From: Psammoneis japonica
Taxonomy: Eukaryota
Assembly (NCBI GenBank): GCA_008632985.1
Contig: QPGO01000044.1
Coordinates: 1 to 64,000 of the forward strand
Length of the DNA: 64,000 bases
Direction of reading: 5' to 3'
Shown: positions 1-13,035 of the stretch, piece after piece
Layout of the letters: every line of letters starts with the position of its first letter
How positions within the stretch are numbered: position 1 is the first letter of the stretch
Notes under the pieces: generated by a model
Database searches by the model: none
The model's input: only the letters and a program-made list of their open reading frames with translations
What the model was told of the DNA's origin: nothing
Position numbers and translations under genes: made by a program

Positions 1-3000
1 CTGGTGCTTGGGCATCCTGCACAGGGGACAAGAACCTCCTCCATGCCTGTGCTCCTTTGGACCGGATGACCCTGCCTTTGAAGATGCTTCCTGCTGAAGG
101 CTCTGATGGGTTCCTCATGGCTTTGGTTGCTGCAGGTGCCTGCAGACAATCCTGAAGGTTTCTTCTTGTGCGCACTTTTTACCATCCCAGCCTGCGTTCC
201 ACTTTGATTGATGAACGTGATTTTGCGCGGGCTTCTGGTTTCAAACTCAGTCCATTCGCTCCGAGCTCCTTGAGAAGACATGCGCCGACGGCACTTGCAC
301 TTGCACTGCTTCCACTGATGCACACACTCAAGAGGCAGTTGTCCATGGTGTCTTCGACATGGCAAGGTCTTCACACAACCCCTGGTTCCTCCGTCTCCGT
401 CTTGTCCCTTCGACATCACGACCCCTGACTTGTCCTTGGTTGATGACATTGATGATGCATGTCAACGTGCAGTCTTTTTCATCAATGTCCAACAAGGTCC
501 ATCTGATCCCTTGCTGATGGATGCTGAGCTGTTTTCGATGCAGTGTGACTCGCTCCCATGTCTCCCTCCGTTGTCTCCCTCTGCTCCTGTCCGCTCTCTC
601 AAGGTTGAGACTGAACGTCTTCTGTGGCATCAACGCCTTGGACACCCTGATCACCTTGTGCAATGCTCACAAGTGCATCAAGGGCGTCCCCAAGTTCCAC
701 ATGCCAATCCTGTCCTTGACATGTGCCTGCGTGTGTCCAAGCCAAGCAAGTCAAGACTCCTGCTGGACCGAACACGACTTGGAAGGCGACCCAACCATGC
801 CAAGGTCTCACTGTAGATTTTGCTTTTGCTGGCCAGACTTCCAAGAATGAAGCCGCAAGGTTGATTCTTGGATGTGATGAAACGTGTTGGATTGCTGTCT
901 ATGATCATCACACACGGATGCTCCATGGAGTGGCAAGGGTTTCAAAGCCAGTCCTCTCAAGTGGCTTTGCCGATTCTTGGATCGACATTCACCAAATTGT
1001 CGTGACAAATGTGTTTGTGGACCAAGGTGGGGAATTGCAAAAACCCCAAAGTTCGTGACCTCTTTGAACGAGAATTCCAGTGACATCTGTCCTTCTGGCC
1101 TGGCGCATCCAACCAATGTGGGCCTGTTGAACGCTCACATTTGACTGTTGAAAACGCGATTCGTGCATTTTAATTGGCGCCAACCTTCCGATCGATTCTG
1201 GCCCTGTGCATTTTACCATCCTCCGCATCAAGAATGCCACTCCTGCAAAAGATCAAGATGCGGCACCCATCACTCTTGCTGCCAGAAAGGTCAAGATTTT
1301 ACTGCTCTGAAGACTTTCGGATGTCGAGCATGGTCCAAACGGTCCACTGCTCGTTCTGCTGCCTTCCGGACCAATTCCAAGAAGGGTCTTCCTTGGTTGC
1401 CTTCCCAACACCCTCAAGAATGTCATGTGTGTGGGATCCTGAGACTGACAAAGTCAAGACGGCCAAGCATGTGTGCTGCGATGAAGGCATGAATGACCTT
1501 TTTGGATCAACTCCTCCCAATGCTGTCCATTTGCAGCGTGTGGAAAATGGTCAGCCTTTTCCAGCTGAAACACAGGACACCACCGTTCCTGTGTTCACTC
1601 TTCGTTGAATCCTTTGCTGCGACTGTTGCATGCACCATGAAACGTCCCCAAAGGACCCACTGTGGTTTTGGATTTTCCAGTGTGCGCCAATGGACCGTGT
1701 CTGTGTCGGAAATCAAGCAGCACAGTCCTGCGGCTTCATTGTTTCTTCCCTCCGTGCTGCTCACAACAAGATTGTGGGTGCATGCATTGTCTCTGTCAAC
1801 AAGCGTGAAGTCTTTACTCCTTCGGATGCTGAAGAGGCCTCATCTCAGGTCTTCCATGATGAAATCCGACTTTCGAGATTGCTTTTGCGCCGGAACGACG
1901 ATTGGATTCTTGCACTCTTAACAAGGCATTTGAGGAAGCGGAGTCATTTGAGCCTGACTCTGGAGGACGACTCCATGTTCCTGAACTTGCTTTGGAGATG
2001 TGCGATCTGTTGTGGCTCTTCTCCCCGATGATGATTTTTCGGATGAGGCCATTCCCAGGATTTATGCACATCTCAATGCGATTGCTCCCGCTCTCTCACT
2101 CCGGAGGAAGCTGCTCTTGACCGCTCACCCGTGCCAAGCTTCGTAAACTTGACACATGGCCTGAATGGGAAGAAGGCGAGCAGCGTCAATGGACAATTTC
2201 ATGCCCTGGCATGTGTGGTCCTCCGCAACCACCCCCTGGCGAATCATGCGTCCGCATTGGGATTGCATGGCAAAGCCGGATGGCAACGTCGTTCTCGACA
2301 ATGTGGTGATGGTTCCAAGTCGGCAATGCCGGCCTTGCATGAGTTGACTTCCACCTTTCGTGTGTGGAACGTTCTGTCGAAAAGATGTTTTTCTCTCAGT
2401 GCGCTGTGTGTCGTGTCTTCGGGTGATGCACGGGATGCCTGCGCTCATTCTCCTGGCCTTCACAGCCGGTTTTTTGCTGATGATGCACATGCTGCCTGGT
2501 GTGAAAAGAATTTGGCAAGAAAGCACCCCGCCATGTGTTCTCCCTCAAGCATGCTCTTCAAGGCCATCCTGAAGCTGGTGTCCTCTGGGAAAGCACATCA
2601 ATTCGATTCTCAACGGGTGCAAACTTCTTTTCCACAATGCGCTCATGACAAGTGCATCTGTCCGGTGAATGTGATGGTGTCAAGGTCCTCTCCTTTCAGG
2701 TCGATGATTTTGCTCTTGCTTGTCCCTGAAAAGATTGCAAAAGAGATCTACGACCACATTGGCAGGCTCTCCAGATGGAGAATGAGGGTGCTCCTCCCTT
2801 CAAGCATTTGGGCTTGGTTGCTGAATTCAATGGTTGATGTCATTCAAAATGACGACTCAATCTGTCAACGTTGCCAGCTGCCTTGACCATGTTTTCAAGA
2901 CCCATGGTTGGGATGCTCCTGCTGCAATGAGTCTGATTCTGATTTCAAGGCTGCACCTGTTCCGGTTGATTGCACCCTGATCTGTGCACTGCTGAAGGTC

Positions 3001-3740
3001 CTGAAGAGGGTGCACCCGAGTGTGACTCTCGCTGAGTCCCAGGATTCTCTTGCNTCTCTTCTGGGTGAATTGGTCTTTGCCTGCTCCTGTTGTCGTTTGG
3101 ACATTGGTTGTCCTTTGGCCCCGGCTGAGCTTCATTGTGATTCACTCAAGCGCATGGCCAAGCATTTGCGGCGTGCCAAACATTGGGGACTGATGTGTGA
3201 GAAGTCCAAGCGCGATCCCGGTCTGCCTCCTCGTGATTTCAAATGGCTTGAGGATGACTCATCTCTCCCGGACTTCCCTCGTGCTGATGACCTTTTCCAA
3301 CTTGCAAGAGTGGTTGAATCACTTTTGGTGGACAAACATGTTGCAGCTCCAACTGCGCTTGTGTGTGCTGGTGTGTCAGCTGCCTTGGTGGCACGTCTCA
3401 TGTGCAATGGGCAGGAGCAGGCATGAAGCTTGTGCAAGAACCACAGCCTCTCCCCATTGTTGGGGCATCATTCAAGTGCACAAAAACCTTTTTGGTGCAA
3501 ATTTGATGGCTTCGCTGCACAAGAGTCCAGGGGTGGTTCGAGTGTGGCTGCAAAAAGTGAGAGAGCGCCAGCGTGCTTGCTGCTGCGTGCGCTGACAATT
3601 GATTGGGACAAAGGAGAAAGACACAAGAGATCTTCATTCTTTTTTCAAGGACCATCATTGCGTGCCGTGATTGGAGAGCTTTGGCTCATCTTTACTCCAC
3701 CATGGTAATCGAGTTTGTTGAGCGATTTTTTGTTTTGTCA
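1..3740 (+). mobile_element. Degenerate Ty1/Copia LTR retrotransposon (pol remnant, 5' end outside window)
   Basis: Motifs in Copia order across broken frames: GAG-pre-integrase LWHQRLGH (~622-648), integrase VDFAF..FVDQGGEL and KTFGCRAW, then RT/RNaseH-like fragments (RPHWDCMAKPDG, DAHAAW, AKHWGLM). Many frameshifts, and TpA is nearly absent. The 3' boundary is approximate and no LTR was defined. Confidence 0.85.
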
Positions 3741-3976
3741 CGAGGGCATGCGTCTCTACAGCACAGTGGAAAATCAAAATTGCCGGTGGCACACCCCGAC
3801 AAGTGTCAACAGCCAAAAACTTCTTGGTGAAATTCCTTTTCAAAAAATGTAAATTATAAAATTTCTCATATTTTATAGTTAAACTCCAACTCAGTGAATA
3901 CAAAATCGACTTTGCGGACGTTTCACGCGTTTCCTCAAATTTGGAATTCTCGCCCAACATCAACATCGCCGCCACC

Positions 3977-5599
3977 ATGAGCTTCGGTTCAGGGCTTCGA
4001 GCATGGCTTGCTTTAATCTTGATCCTCCTGACAGCATCATCATTGTCCATAAAACGCCCAAATATTGTGACTGTTTTGTGTGATGATTTGGATTCGGAAC
4101 TCGGTGGCGCCAACGCTTCAACTTTGAAGTACACTCGCAAGTGGTTCCAACAGAACGATGGAATGATTTCTGTCCAATTGGTTGTGCATACCCCCGTCTG
4201 TTGTCCCTCGCGTGCTCAATTATGGACGGGAAAGATGTTTCACAACTTGAAAACTCCACATTTCGGACACGAGGGTTGCATGCACGTGGACGTGAACGCC
4301 ACAAGAGAGTCTCTGTTCTATGCGCGCGACTATTTTGCCCCACACTTTAGCAAGCTCAATTATACAGTGGGTTTCTTTGGAAAGCATCTCAACAACGCAA
4401 ATCCCATTGACTTTATTCCAGATGGCGTCGACCAATGGCTTGTGAATGGTGGAGGGATGTATCTTAATCCGACATTTACATGGGCCTCCCGCAACAGCAA
4501 ACCCGTTGAGATCAAATTTGACAATTGTTCCCAATCAACCGGCATGCCTTGCTACTCCACTTCTGTCATTGGAAATGTCAGCCTCGCTTGGATTCGGCGA
4601 CACGTCCAATCATCGTTTTCTTTGAAGCCTTTTTTTGCTGTAATTTCTGTCAAGGCACCACATTTGCAAGACAGACCAGGCTTTCCCATGTCGATATCCG
4701 CCCCCTGGTATGAGAATACGTCGATACCCGAACAAATGGCGCCACGAACCCGAAACTACAACCTATCATGCCCTGATCATCATTGGTTAGTTCGTAGCCA
4801 ACCACCGCTGTCGAAAATACAGGGAGACATGGTGGATAAGCTCTACACCAGTCGCCTCAAGACATCCTCTCGGTCGACGACTTGATGAAAGACCTCGTAT
4901 CGACCCTGACCGACTTGAGGGTGTTGAATGATACGATTGTTATTTTTACAAGTGACAATGGCTATCGCTTGGGTCAGTTTCGAATGCCCCAAGGCAAATT
5001 TCACGCCTACGAAAACGACGTGCGCGTGCCAATGATGATTCGCGGTCCTGGCATTCAACCACAAAAGCAGAAGCCGTCCCCTATTGTGGGTACCCATGTA
5101 GACCTTATTCCCACTTTGTTGGGCCTGGTCCAGAACGATTCATCACAAATGATTGTTCCTCAAACCATGGATGGAACCAATCTTGCGGGTGACCTGCTTG
5201 CTGCAAAGAACGGAACATCAACGGGCGTGTCTAGCATAAAGTCCGTTCCTGATTGAATACATGAGTTTAGGCAACATTGTTCGCTACCAACATTTGGAAG
5301 ACACCTACAACCACACCTTTGTGGCACTCCGTATTATAAACTTCAATGTCAGAGCAGAGGACGGTCTCCGTAACTTGAAATATGTGCAGTACCGAGACTC
5401 CCAAGAGGATTGGAGTGGCACTGCCAAACCACCCTTGGAGGTTGAGCTCTTTGATTTGGACAAGGATCCATTGGAAATGCACAATTTGGCCAAGACTGCC
5501 TCACCCGTCTTGTTGCAAGCCCTACAAGAGAAGACTATGCGCATGTTTCGTTGCCAAGGAGACTCTTGTCGCAAGGAGCAACGCAGGGCGCTTTTTTGA
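3977..5599 (+). CDS. Secreted S1 family sulfatase (N-acetylglucosamine-6-sulfatase-like); two 1-bp frameshifts near 4865 and 5243
   Basis: Signal peptide, RPNIVTVLCDD, formylglycine motif CCPSRAQLWTG, FFGKHLN, FTSDNGY, ELFDLDKDPLEMHNL. Shifting frame restores LLSVDDL and FLIEY. Confidence 0.9.
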
Positions 5600-5843
5600 A
5601 TTCTTCACATGTTTGCTCCTTGATTGACAAGGAGTTACAAACAAACGCGGATCCTTTGCTCATTGTGAGTGAAGAAGAGTTTGAATCCTTCAGGGTGCAA
5701 AGCTCACAGATTAGCCATAACCCCTCAGTAACAACCATGACATCTATGTAGACTAAAGATGGCCGATAACCCATTGTGGGTAAGGTTTTCCGGTGCGATG
5801 TAAACAATGATTCATTCCTGCACACCGTCGACACAAACTTCAA

Positions 5844-7260
5844 TGCATTAGAGTCGGCATTGTGTTAGTCTGGGTTAAGGGTGGATCTGGTGAAACAGGC
5901 ACAGGGGTGGCATCATTGGAACCCTCCAGCACCATTGCATCATGACTTTTGGTGGGCAGCTGGGCAGCATTCCAGTCGGTGGGGTGGTGCTTGATGGTTG
6001 TGCACAAAATGATTGCAGTTGGTAATGTGGGACGCTGCTTCAGTGGCTGCACTGAACAGTGGTGGTGAGTTGGACTGTCCCATGCTGGCAAATGGGCTGG
6101 CATTGCTGGTGGTGGTGGTTTGCCATTTTAGCTGGGGAAAGACCACCCTGAGAATGGGTGTTTCTGTCAAGCCCAGTTGCAAATGTTGGAAGCAGTTGTT
6201 GGCCAGGTCTGTCTTCATGAGATGCATGCAGCCTTGGGCTGGGTCTGCCAGGAGGACATGTTGCAGAAGGTGGTCAAAGGTTTGCCCAAATTGTGTTGGT
6301 TCCATTGCTGCATTTGGTTGTGCAGTGATGTTCAAGCCACAGAAGGAGCAACCAACAACTGCTGCTGGGCATGTTTTGTGGGCTGAGGTGCAGGTCAGGT
6401 GCGTGATTTTTTGCCTTAGTGTGCAGGGCCATGACCCAAAAACCCTTGTCAGCCATGCCATCTTGAAGAAGTTGATGTGTCAGCAGACAGACCTGTGTGC
6501 TCCCCCAGGCAATGCCAGCATCTGGCTCAGCTTGCATCTGTGGGGCAGGCAGCACCATCAGCTGTGTGGTGATGGACGTGCCTTGGCACTTGCAGGGGCC
6601 TGCAACAGTTGGTGCACCAGATGTTGTTTGGTGCAGCACAGCTCTCCCCAGTCTCCTCTGCCAATTCAAATGCACAGCAAGTTGCTGAGTCCTCTGCAAC
6701 ACAACCTGCGCTTGTGATGAGGGGTGGCCACAGTGCTCTTTGAAGCTTTTCTCCACAGTCGGGGGTTGTGGAGGTGCCGGTGCTGGTGCCAACAAATGAG
6801 GGGCTCTTGACTGCAAGTTTCCAAACTGGAGCTGTTGCCAAAGACCTGTTTTGTCTTCCAACGCTCCACACCCCAATTGAAGCGGTGTGGCCATGCTCCT
6901 CCTTGGTGCGGTCATCATGAAGAGTCACGCGCTTGGCTCTCCCCACAAAGGAGTTGACTGTGCTGACCCTTGCAGCAGTGCAGCAGGCAGCAGACCACTC
7001 CTTTGTCATTCTTTGATGACTTAATCTTGCTGCATTTGCGCCAGATCTTGATGTCCCTGGACCTGGCACTCTTCCTCCTGTTGCAGAGAGGGGGCGTCGA
7101 AGTGCCAGTCACCCAAAGCTGCTCCTGCCATCATCACTTGGAGTGCATGCCCCACATTCAATGGCTGCATGGTGGACAAATTGGGTTGCACTGATGGTGG
7201 CAAAAGTGAGAGGTGTCAGCACCTGGCGGCTCCTTTAGCTGCCTCGTGGTTTTCGGTGCG
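5844..7260 (-). mobile_element. Decayed DIRS/Ngaro-like (tyrosine-recombinase retrotransposon) RT fragment
   Basis: Minus-strand fragments QFGQTFDHLLQHVLLADP, MKTDLANNCF and MGQSNSPPLFSAATE resemble MQFG..LxRLL / KxDLxDGF / PMGWxNSPPxFCAATE of this RT class. The island is TA- and CG-depleted; boundaries are approximate. Confidence 0.65.
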
Positions 7261-7486
7261 TTGTCCTGAGGGATGTCTCCGCACGAGCGAAGGTCAAACG
7301 CCGAAAATGGCGTCCATTTTTCGCGCTCGCAACAAATCGCGTTGCGACCGCTTCATGCACCTAAGCGATCATGTTCTAGCCAATAACCAAAGACACTCTC
7401 TTCTATCTCCAATACTCTCTCGAGTCCTATAGAGACTCCCAATCGCGAGATCGCAAGGAAAACAGAAGATTTCCGAACGAGCTACG

Positions 7487-8671
7487 ATGCAATTGACGGA
7501 GGAACCTCAACAGCAGAATTGCAAACTCAGAAAACCACACCTCAAGGCGTGTGTGGCTACGATTCTCGCTCTATGCATAGCACTCGCGTTCATATCAAAC
7601 AGCAAAAACATCTCAAGACGTTCTTCCGAATCTGGTTTCCGAAAAAATCTCGAGACATTCTGTTCCCGCAAACCTGCATGGATCGATACCTGCGAATGAT
7701 TCGGCTGTACCGGTATATAAGATCGGCGCCAATCGGACGCTGGTTGTGATTATAGGTAATTTGCGAGGAGGAGAATTGGCCTGGCAAACATTGTACAAGC
7801 ATGTGCTGGACAAAAATATTGCCGATTTGGCGCTGGCGATCGGTGAAGTGCCGGTTGAACAACGAAACTCTTCGCTGTACGCGAGAGCAAAGTATCTCTG
7901 GGAATTTCCAGAGTATGATGATTGGGCTGATGCCATTGATTTGATCAATGGAACAAAATGGCGCGATGAGCTGCTCCCTCACGTCCACAAAGGAACGTAC
8001 GTGTGACTTATTTTCCACTGTGGCCTGATAATAAGTCTGATGAGTGCTTTTTTCAAAAGATGTTCTTACACTCGTTTCGTTCTGCTTACTTAGCGGTCTC
8101 CTCGGAGGAGTCAGTGGTCGCGCTGGAAGCGGTGCTGTGGTTTTTATGGCACGCTGGTTCCTCTCAGAGCAGATTAAAAAGCTTGGTCTCCTGGAGAAGT
8201 ATGATAGGTTTCTTGTCACGCGGTCAGATCACTACTACGAGTGTGCTCATGATTTAGCCATGCTGGATCCAACCTTTATGTGGGTCCCGAAGTTCACTGA
8301 TTATGATGGAGTGACTGACAGACATGTGGTCTGCAACAATCGTCAGATTCTTAGGGCATTGGACATTCTTCCACACATGATAGAACATCCAGAGCTTTAC
8401 ATTGCGAACTTGAAAAGAAGAATTAATGCCGAGGGGCTAGTTTTGAAACGATGGGAGATGGAGAATCTGGTGCCCAAGTTGAGAAAGTTGATCGCACCTT
8501 TTTACGTGCGCAAGTGACGGTGATAAGACACGGTGGCAGCAGCCCACAGATTACACGGTAGAGGAAGGTGTTCATCTCAAGTATGTGGTTGAATATGAAG
8601 CAGCAAAATGCGCTTGCAGAGGGTGGCACCCCAGGGCAGTTAATCGTGAGACCATATCATGCTGGAAGTAA
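7487..8671 (+). CDS. Type II membrane protein with an unknown, possibly glycosyltransferase-like domain; paralog of the C-terminal domain of 37657-40994
   Basis: N-terminal TM anchor (VATILALCIALAFI) and GT-AG intron 7997-8093. Highly similar to 40030-40994 (RTLVV.GNLRGGELAWQTLYKHVLD ... YDRF.VTRSDHYYEC). Homopolymer indels near 7645 and 8485-8500. Confidence 0.8.
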
Positions 8672-8827
8672 TCGGGCTATTGATATTCGAAATTGAAGCG
8701 CAACCGGGATTAGGGATTATATCGGCACGCTATGGAAATGCTGGTAGGCCGAAGCCGCTGCCTTCATGACGAAGGCTTTGTTTTGAAAAGTTAGGGATGT
8801 GTGAAGCGTTCTGTGCTCGCTTCCAAT

Positions 8828-10165
8828 TCAGCTGATTATTTCACTCATACACTTCACAATTGACTTTTCCGCAGTCGGATCAGGAGCCTCTGCGGTTGCT
8901 GCCAGTCCCAACGCAATCAAGAAAGCAGACCCTCCGACAAACCCTTGCATCCCTATTGTCTCACCTAGAAATACATAACTCATGATTGACGCCCACATTG
9001 GTTGCGACGCGTAGAGTGTTTGCGCACGAGTGGGCCCAACGGCTTGCTGTCCGCCGACTTGCAAGAATGGAGCGACAGCATTCACTGCTACTCCACTCCA
9101 CAAAACTGTCACTGCTAGTGGGACCAATTCATATACGCTGCCTATGGATGCAAAAAAGTCAGTTGTCTCGCTCCAACCGCATGTCGACAAGAGCCCGAGG
9201 GAGAATATTGCTTGCGAAGCAATCTTGTTCGTGATTAGTTTTCTTGGGACAACTAGCTTGCCCCACGAAAACAGTCTTAAGTCATAGGTAGCATAGAATA
9301 CAGCAGCTAGGACACACAATGCATCCCCAATAGATGCTTGACTAAAGAGACCTTGTGACAGAACGTCTTGATTGGCACTTGTAGCTGAAGCCGCATCTTG
9401 AGTAAACAATACGACTCCAGCCAAAGCTAACCCAACAGAAAACTGAATTCGTTTTGGAATGGGCACGCCCATGAGACCTTGGACAAGGGGTACAATTAGT
9501 GTTGTAAGCTGAATTAGGAAAGCTCCATGACTCGCAGATGTGAGAGACAAGCCGTAAATATTAGCAGTTGTACCCAAGAACTTCCAGAGGCCAAGTTCCG
9601 CCCCAGCCTTGAGCTCTTGGAGTTGTTGGTCGTTATCTGATTGCTTTTCAAGATTTTGTAGCAAGGTGCTTGGCAGGGGTGTACTAGACTCAAGCGCTTT
9701 TCCACCAAATAGTAATCCTGACAATGCTACAATACTGACAGCGGCATTGATTAACAACACTGGTGGTGACATTGACGAGTCGGCAAAGACAGTGTGCAGA
9801 ACTGGAGAATTAGATGCAAAGAGCAGCGTGATGAACCCAATGGTCAGCAATCCGCGTCTATATTCTTCTTGGTCTGACTCTCCAATCCGTTCCTCTTTTC
9901 CCGTGTCTAAGGACAAATCAGGCATGAAGGACGGCATTGGTCGGTTGTTTGTGATACGTGTCGTTGCATCTACCTCTGTTGAAGTGATGGTGGAGAGATT
10001 CAACTGAACGCGACTTGGAGAAGTCGGTCTATTTATCCACGGCACTTGCGACTGGCGTAACGGCCCTGTTCTTCCCGAAAAGGCATTGGTCCCGCTAGAA
10101 TAAAATAGCACAGTCCAAATTGCCAACGACGAGGAGGCACGGGGATGAAAGTGGCTTCTTGTCAT
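8828..10165 (-). CDS. EamA/DMT family transporter, probably plastid-targeted
   Basis: 445-aa ORF with about 10 hydrophobic segments in two EamA repeats (GDALCVLAAVFYA; GQQAVGPTRAQTLYASQP). Signal peptide ends TNA-FSG and is followed by a Ser/Thr/Arg-rich transit-like stretch. The extreme C-terminus may be frameshifted. Confidence 0.85.
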   Translation of the reverse strand: MTRSHFHPRASSSLAIWTVLFYSSGTNAFSGRTGPLRQSQVPWINRPTSPSRVQLNLSTITSTEVDATTRITNNRPMPSFMPDLSLDTGKEERIGESDQEEYRRGLLTIGFITLLFASNSPVLHTVFADSSMSPPVLLINAAVSIVALSGLLFGGKALESSTPLPSTLLQNLEKQSDNDQQLQELKAGAELGLWKFLGTTANIYGLSLTSASHGAFLIQLTTLIVPLVQGLMGVPIPKRIQFSVGLALAGVVLFTQDAASATSANQDVLSQGLFSQASIGDALCVLAAVFYATYDLRLFSWGKLVVPRKLITNKIASQAIFSLGLLSTCGWSETTDFFASIGSVYELVPLAVTVLWSGVAVNAVAPFLQVGGQQAVGPTRAQTLYASQPMWASIMSYVFLGETIGMQGFVGGSAFLIALGLAATAEAPDPTAEKSIVKCMSEIIS

Positions 10166-11470
10166 CGTATTGAGCAGAAAATGAGATTGCTAATCAAAAA
10201 TAATGATTGATCCTTCCGGAATGTTCGAACGATGACACGGGAATCCAAGATTGTGGAAGGGAATGATGCGCAGATGTTCCTCCGGCAACAAAATGTGACG
10301 GGAAATCCTCGAAATGCAAGTTGCCGGTAGAATACCGCTGACGTTGTCTTTCGTGACGTAAAATTGTGTGAGATTTCAGTGCAAATAAAATTCCCGCGCT
10401 TTTCTTTGTAAATTTTTACCCCTAAAAGTATGAATAAAAATTAATAACGCAAAATGCCCGCACCTCTTGCTCAACTTCAATAATCGCCACGTGCTTCTCA
10501 CGAGAGAACGCAGTACATGTGTGTCCGATTTGTGTCGTACGACTGACTTTTACGTCATATCCGGGTCTCCTTCTATCGGCGAGAAAAAAATGAGACTCGA
10601 AATCTTGCTTTCAACTCTCTGGAACTCGCTCTTTATCTTATATCTTATCCATCACAATCGAACAAACACAGAGAGCGAAGAATCATCATCAACCATCAAC
10701 GGTAGGGCTTTCGACAACTTTGGTGGCTGCTCGGTCAATCGCCATAAACAGCCAAGGTGTACAATTTCGTCAACAATCGGTGTCGTTCTCTTAAATCATG
10801 TCTCCCAACAATGAAGTTGCCACACGAAATTCTCAACTCATCTACGCAAAACACGCGTCCTTTGTCACATCTGATTCAAGCTTAACTGAAGCTGACAGCA
10901 TTATGGGAGCTCAAGAAGGCGATATTCATTCCATTGTATCATCTGAGGATTGGCACTCGGTAAGTTTTGTCTCGTTTCGTGCCTTCGCCGATCAATGATT
11001 TGAATGCGCATCGATTGATTAGATGCGATCAGTGTGGTGTCGGTTTCAATTTCGTCTCTTTTGCACTGTGGCATTATACAACATTGAAATACTCTCTTTA
11101 GCAAGAAATTGACTGCTTCTGTCATGTTAAGCGTGTTTGAATGCCGTATTCGTCATTGTCGTTCCCAGCAAGAAACCGCCAAGCGATCCTTCGGGAGACA
11201 TCAAGAAAAACATCAAATGCAACCTCCAGTATTGTAGAAAGCATTGGGGTTCTTTGTGCGTACGAGTTTCAACTTGTGATGTCATTTGCAATGATTATCT
11301 ACAGCAACGATTTGTTTTTATTTCTCAGTTCGATCCGTGCCAATGATCCAGATCATATCAGTTTGTCTGATTGTCACGTGTGTGCGCGTGCTACCCGTCT
11401 CAAACAACCTGACCTGTAACGCACATAGTTTTTTCTTCTCACATTTCTTCTTCTTATCTGCGGCATCACC

Positions 11471-13035
11471 ATGACGACTCGACCGAAACGACCACGTTTT
11501 TCCCGTGACAATTCCTATCTTCAGGAGGGCCTTATTGTGGTTGTGATTGGAGCATCAGGTGACTTGGCCAAGAAAAAGACGTATCCTTCGCTTCTCGATT
11601 TGTTCGCCAACAAACTCTTGCCTGAAGACACAATTATTTGGGGTTACGCCCGGTCCCCCAAGACGCACGAGGGATTGCGTTCTCATCTCCGGCCTTTTCT
11701 CTTGAAACATACCAAACATGAGGAGTGGACCGTTGATGCCTTTTTGGAAAAGTGCTTTTACAAAAACGGCAAGTCTTACGGGGATTTTGAAGCGTACTAT
11801 GAAATGCTCAACAACTTGAAGGAGCACGAGCAAAAGTTTCCTGAAAAGTCAAAGCACAATCGACTCTTCTACCTTGCAATTCCCCCGAGCGTCTTTGGTG
11901 AGACGGGCATTGCCATCAAAAGGACTTCGATGCAACTACACGATTTGGGGTGGTCTCGCCTCATTATCGAAAAACCTTTCGGACATGATCTAGCGAGTTG
12001 CGAGGAGCTTTCGCAGGTGTTAGCATCGCAATTTCGCGAAAACGAACTATATCGGATAGACCATTACTTGGGCAAGGAAGCTGTGCAAAACCTAATGGTG
12101 ATGAGGTTTGGGAACTCGTGGCTGGAATGGATGTGGCACCGCAACGCGGTTCAGAGTGTGAAACTCACCTTCAAAGAGAATTTTGGGACCGAGGGACGCG
12201 GTGGCTACTTTGATAGTATCGGAATTATCCGTGATGTCCTCCAGAACCATTTGTTACAGGCACTTACGCTATTGGCCATGGAGCCGCCAATCGAGGTGGA
12301 GGGTCCTGCCGCTAGCGACTTGATCCGCGATGCCAAGGTGCAGGTTCTCAAAGCAATGCCTGCCATTGAGTTGGAAGATTGTCTCTTGGGCCAGTACGAT
12401 GGATACGCGGACGATCCATCCATTGAGAACAAGGACACGAATTGCCCCACTTATGCCATGATGCGGCTCTGGGTCAACACTCCTCGTTGGGCAGGTGTTC
12501 CGTTCATTCTAGAGGCCGGCAAGGCCTTGGACGAACGCGTATGCGAAATGACGGTATCATTCCGTCAAGCACCGGCGGCAGACATGATGTTTGGCCTTCC
12601 TCCGTCAGCCAGCTTGCCTCGCAACGAGTTGGTGATGCGTCTTCAGCCAGATCCAGCCATCTTTCTCAAGACCAACGTGAAGACGCCTGGCTTTTCCTCG
12701 GCTCCCGTCCAAACCGCGCTTGGATTAGAGTACAAGGACACCTTTGCGAATGGTCCAATAGCAATCCCGATGCGTACACGAGACTCATTCTTGACGTCCT
12801 TCGTGGTCGGCAAGGCTCCTTTGTCCGTGATGACGAGCTACACAGGAGCTGGGAGGTCTTTACTCCACTGCTTCACAGGATTGAACGCGAAGGGGTTCGT
12901 CCCCACCCATATAGTTACGGGTCGGATGGACCCGAGGAACGCGTCGAGTTCATGGAACGTATGGGTGTCCATGTAGAAATAGGAGAAGGAACCACTTTGA
13001 GAAGAGTTGACGAAAAGATTGTCAGCTCGTTATGA
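11471..13035 (+). CDS. G6PD: Glucose-6-phosphate 1-dehydrogenase; 1-bp frameshift near 12755
   Basis: GASGDLAKKK, IIEKPFG, RIDHYLGKE, GRGGYFD, RDVLQNHL. The C-terminus PDAYTRLILDV..FVRDDEL..WEVFTPLLH is in the adjacent frame. Confidence 0.97.

Noticed and set aside
4860..12760. Frameshifts in the sulfatase (two), the 7.5-kb gene (three), G6PDH and possibly EamA, read as pseudogenisation or programmed frameshifting
   Set aside because: They are single-base indels, often in homopolymers, in otherwise well-conserved genes with no nonsense decay. Long-read assembly error is the simplest explanation; short reads would decide.
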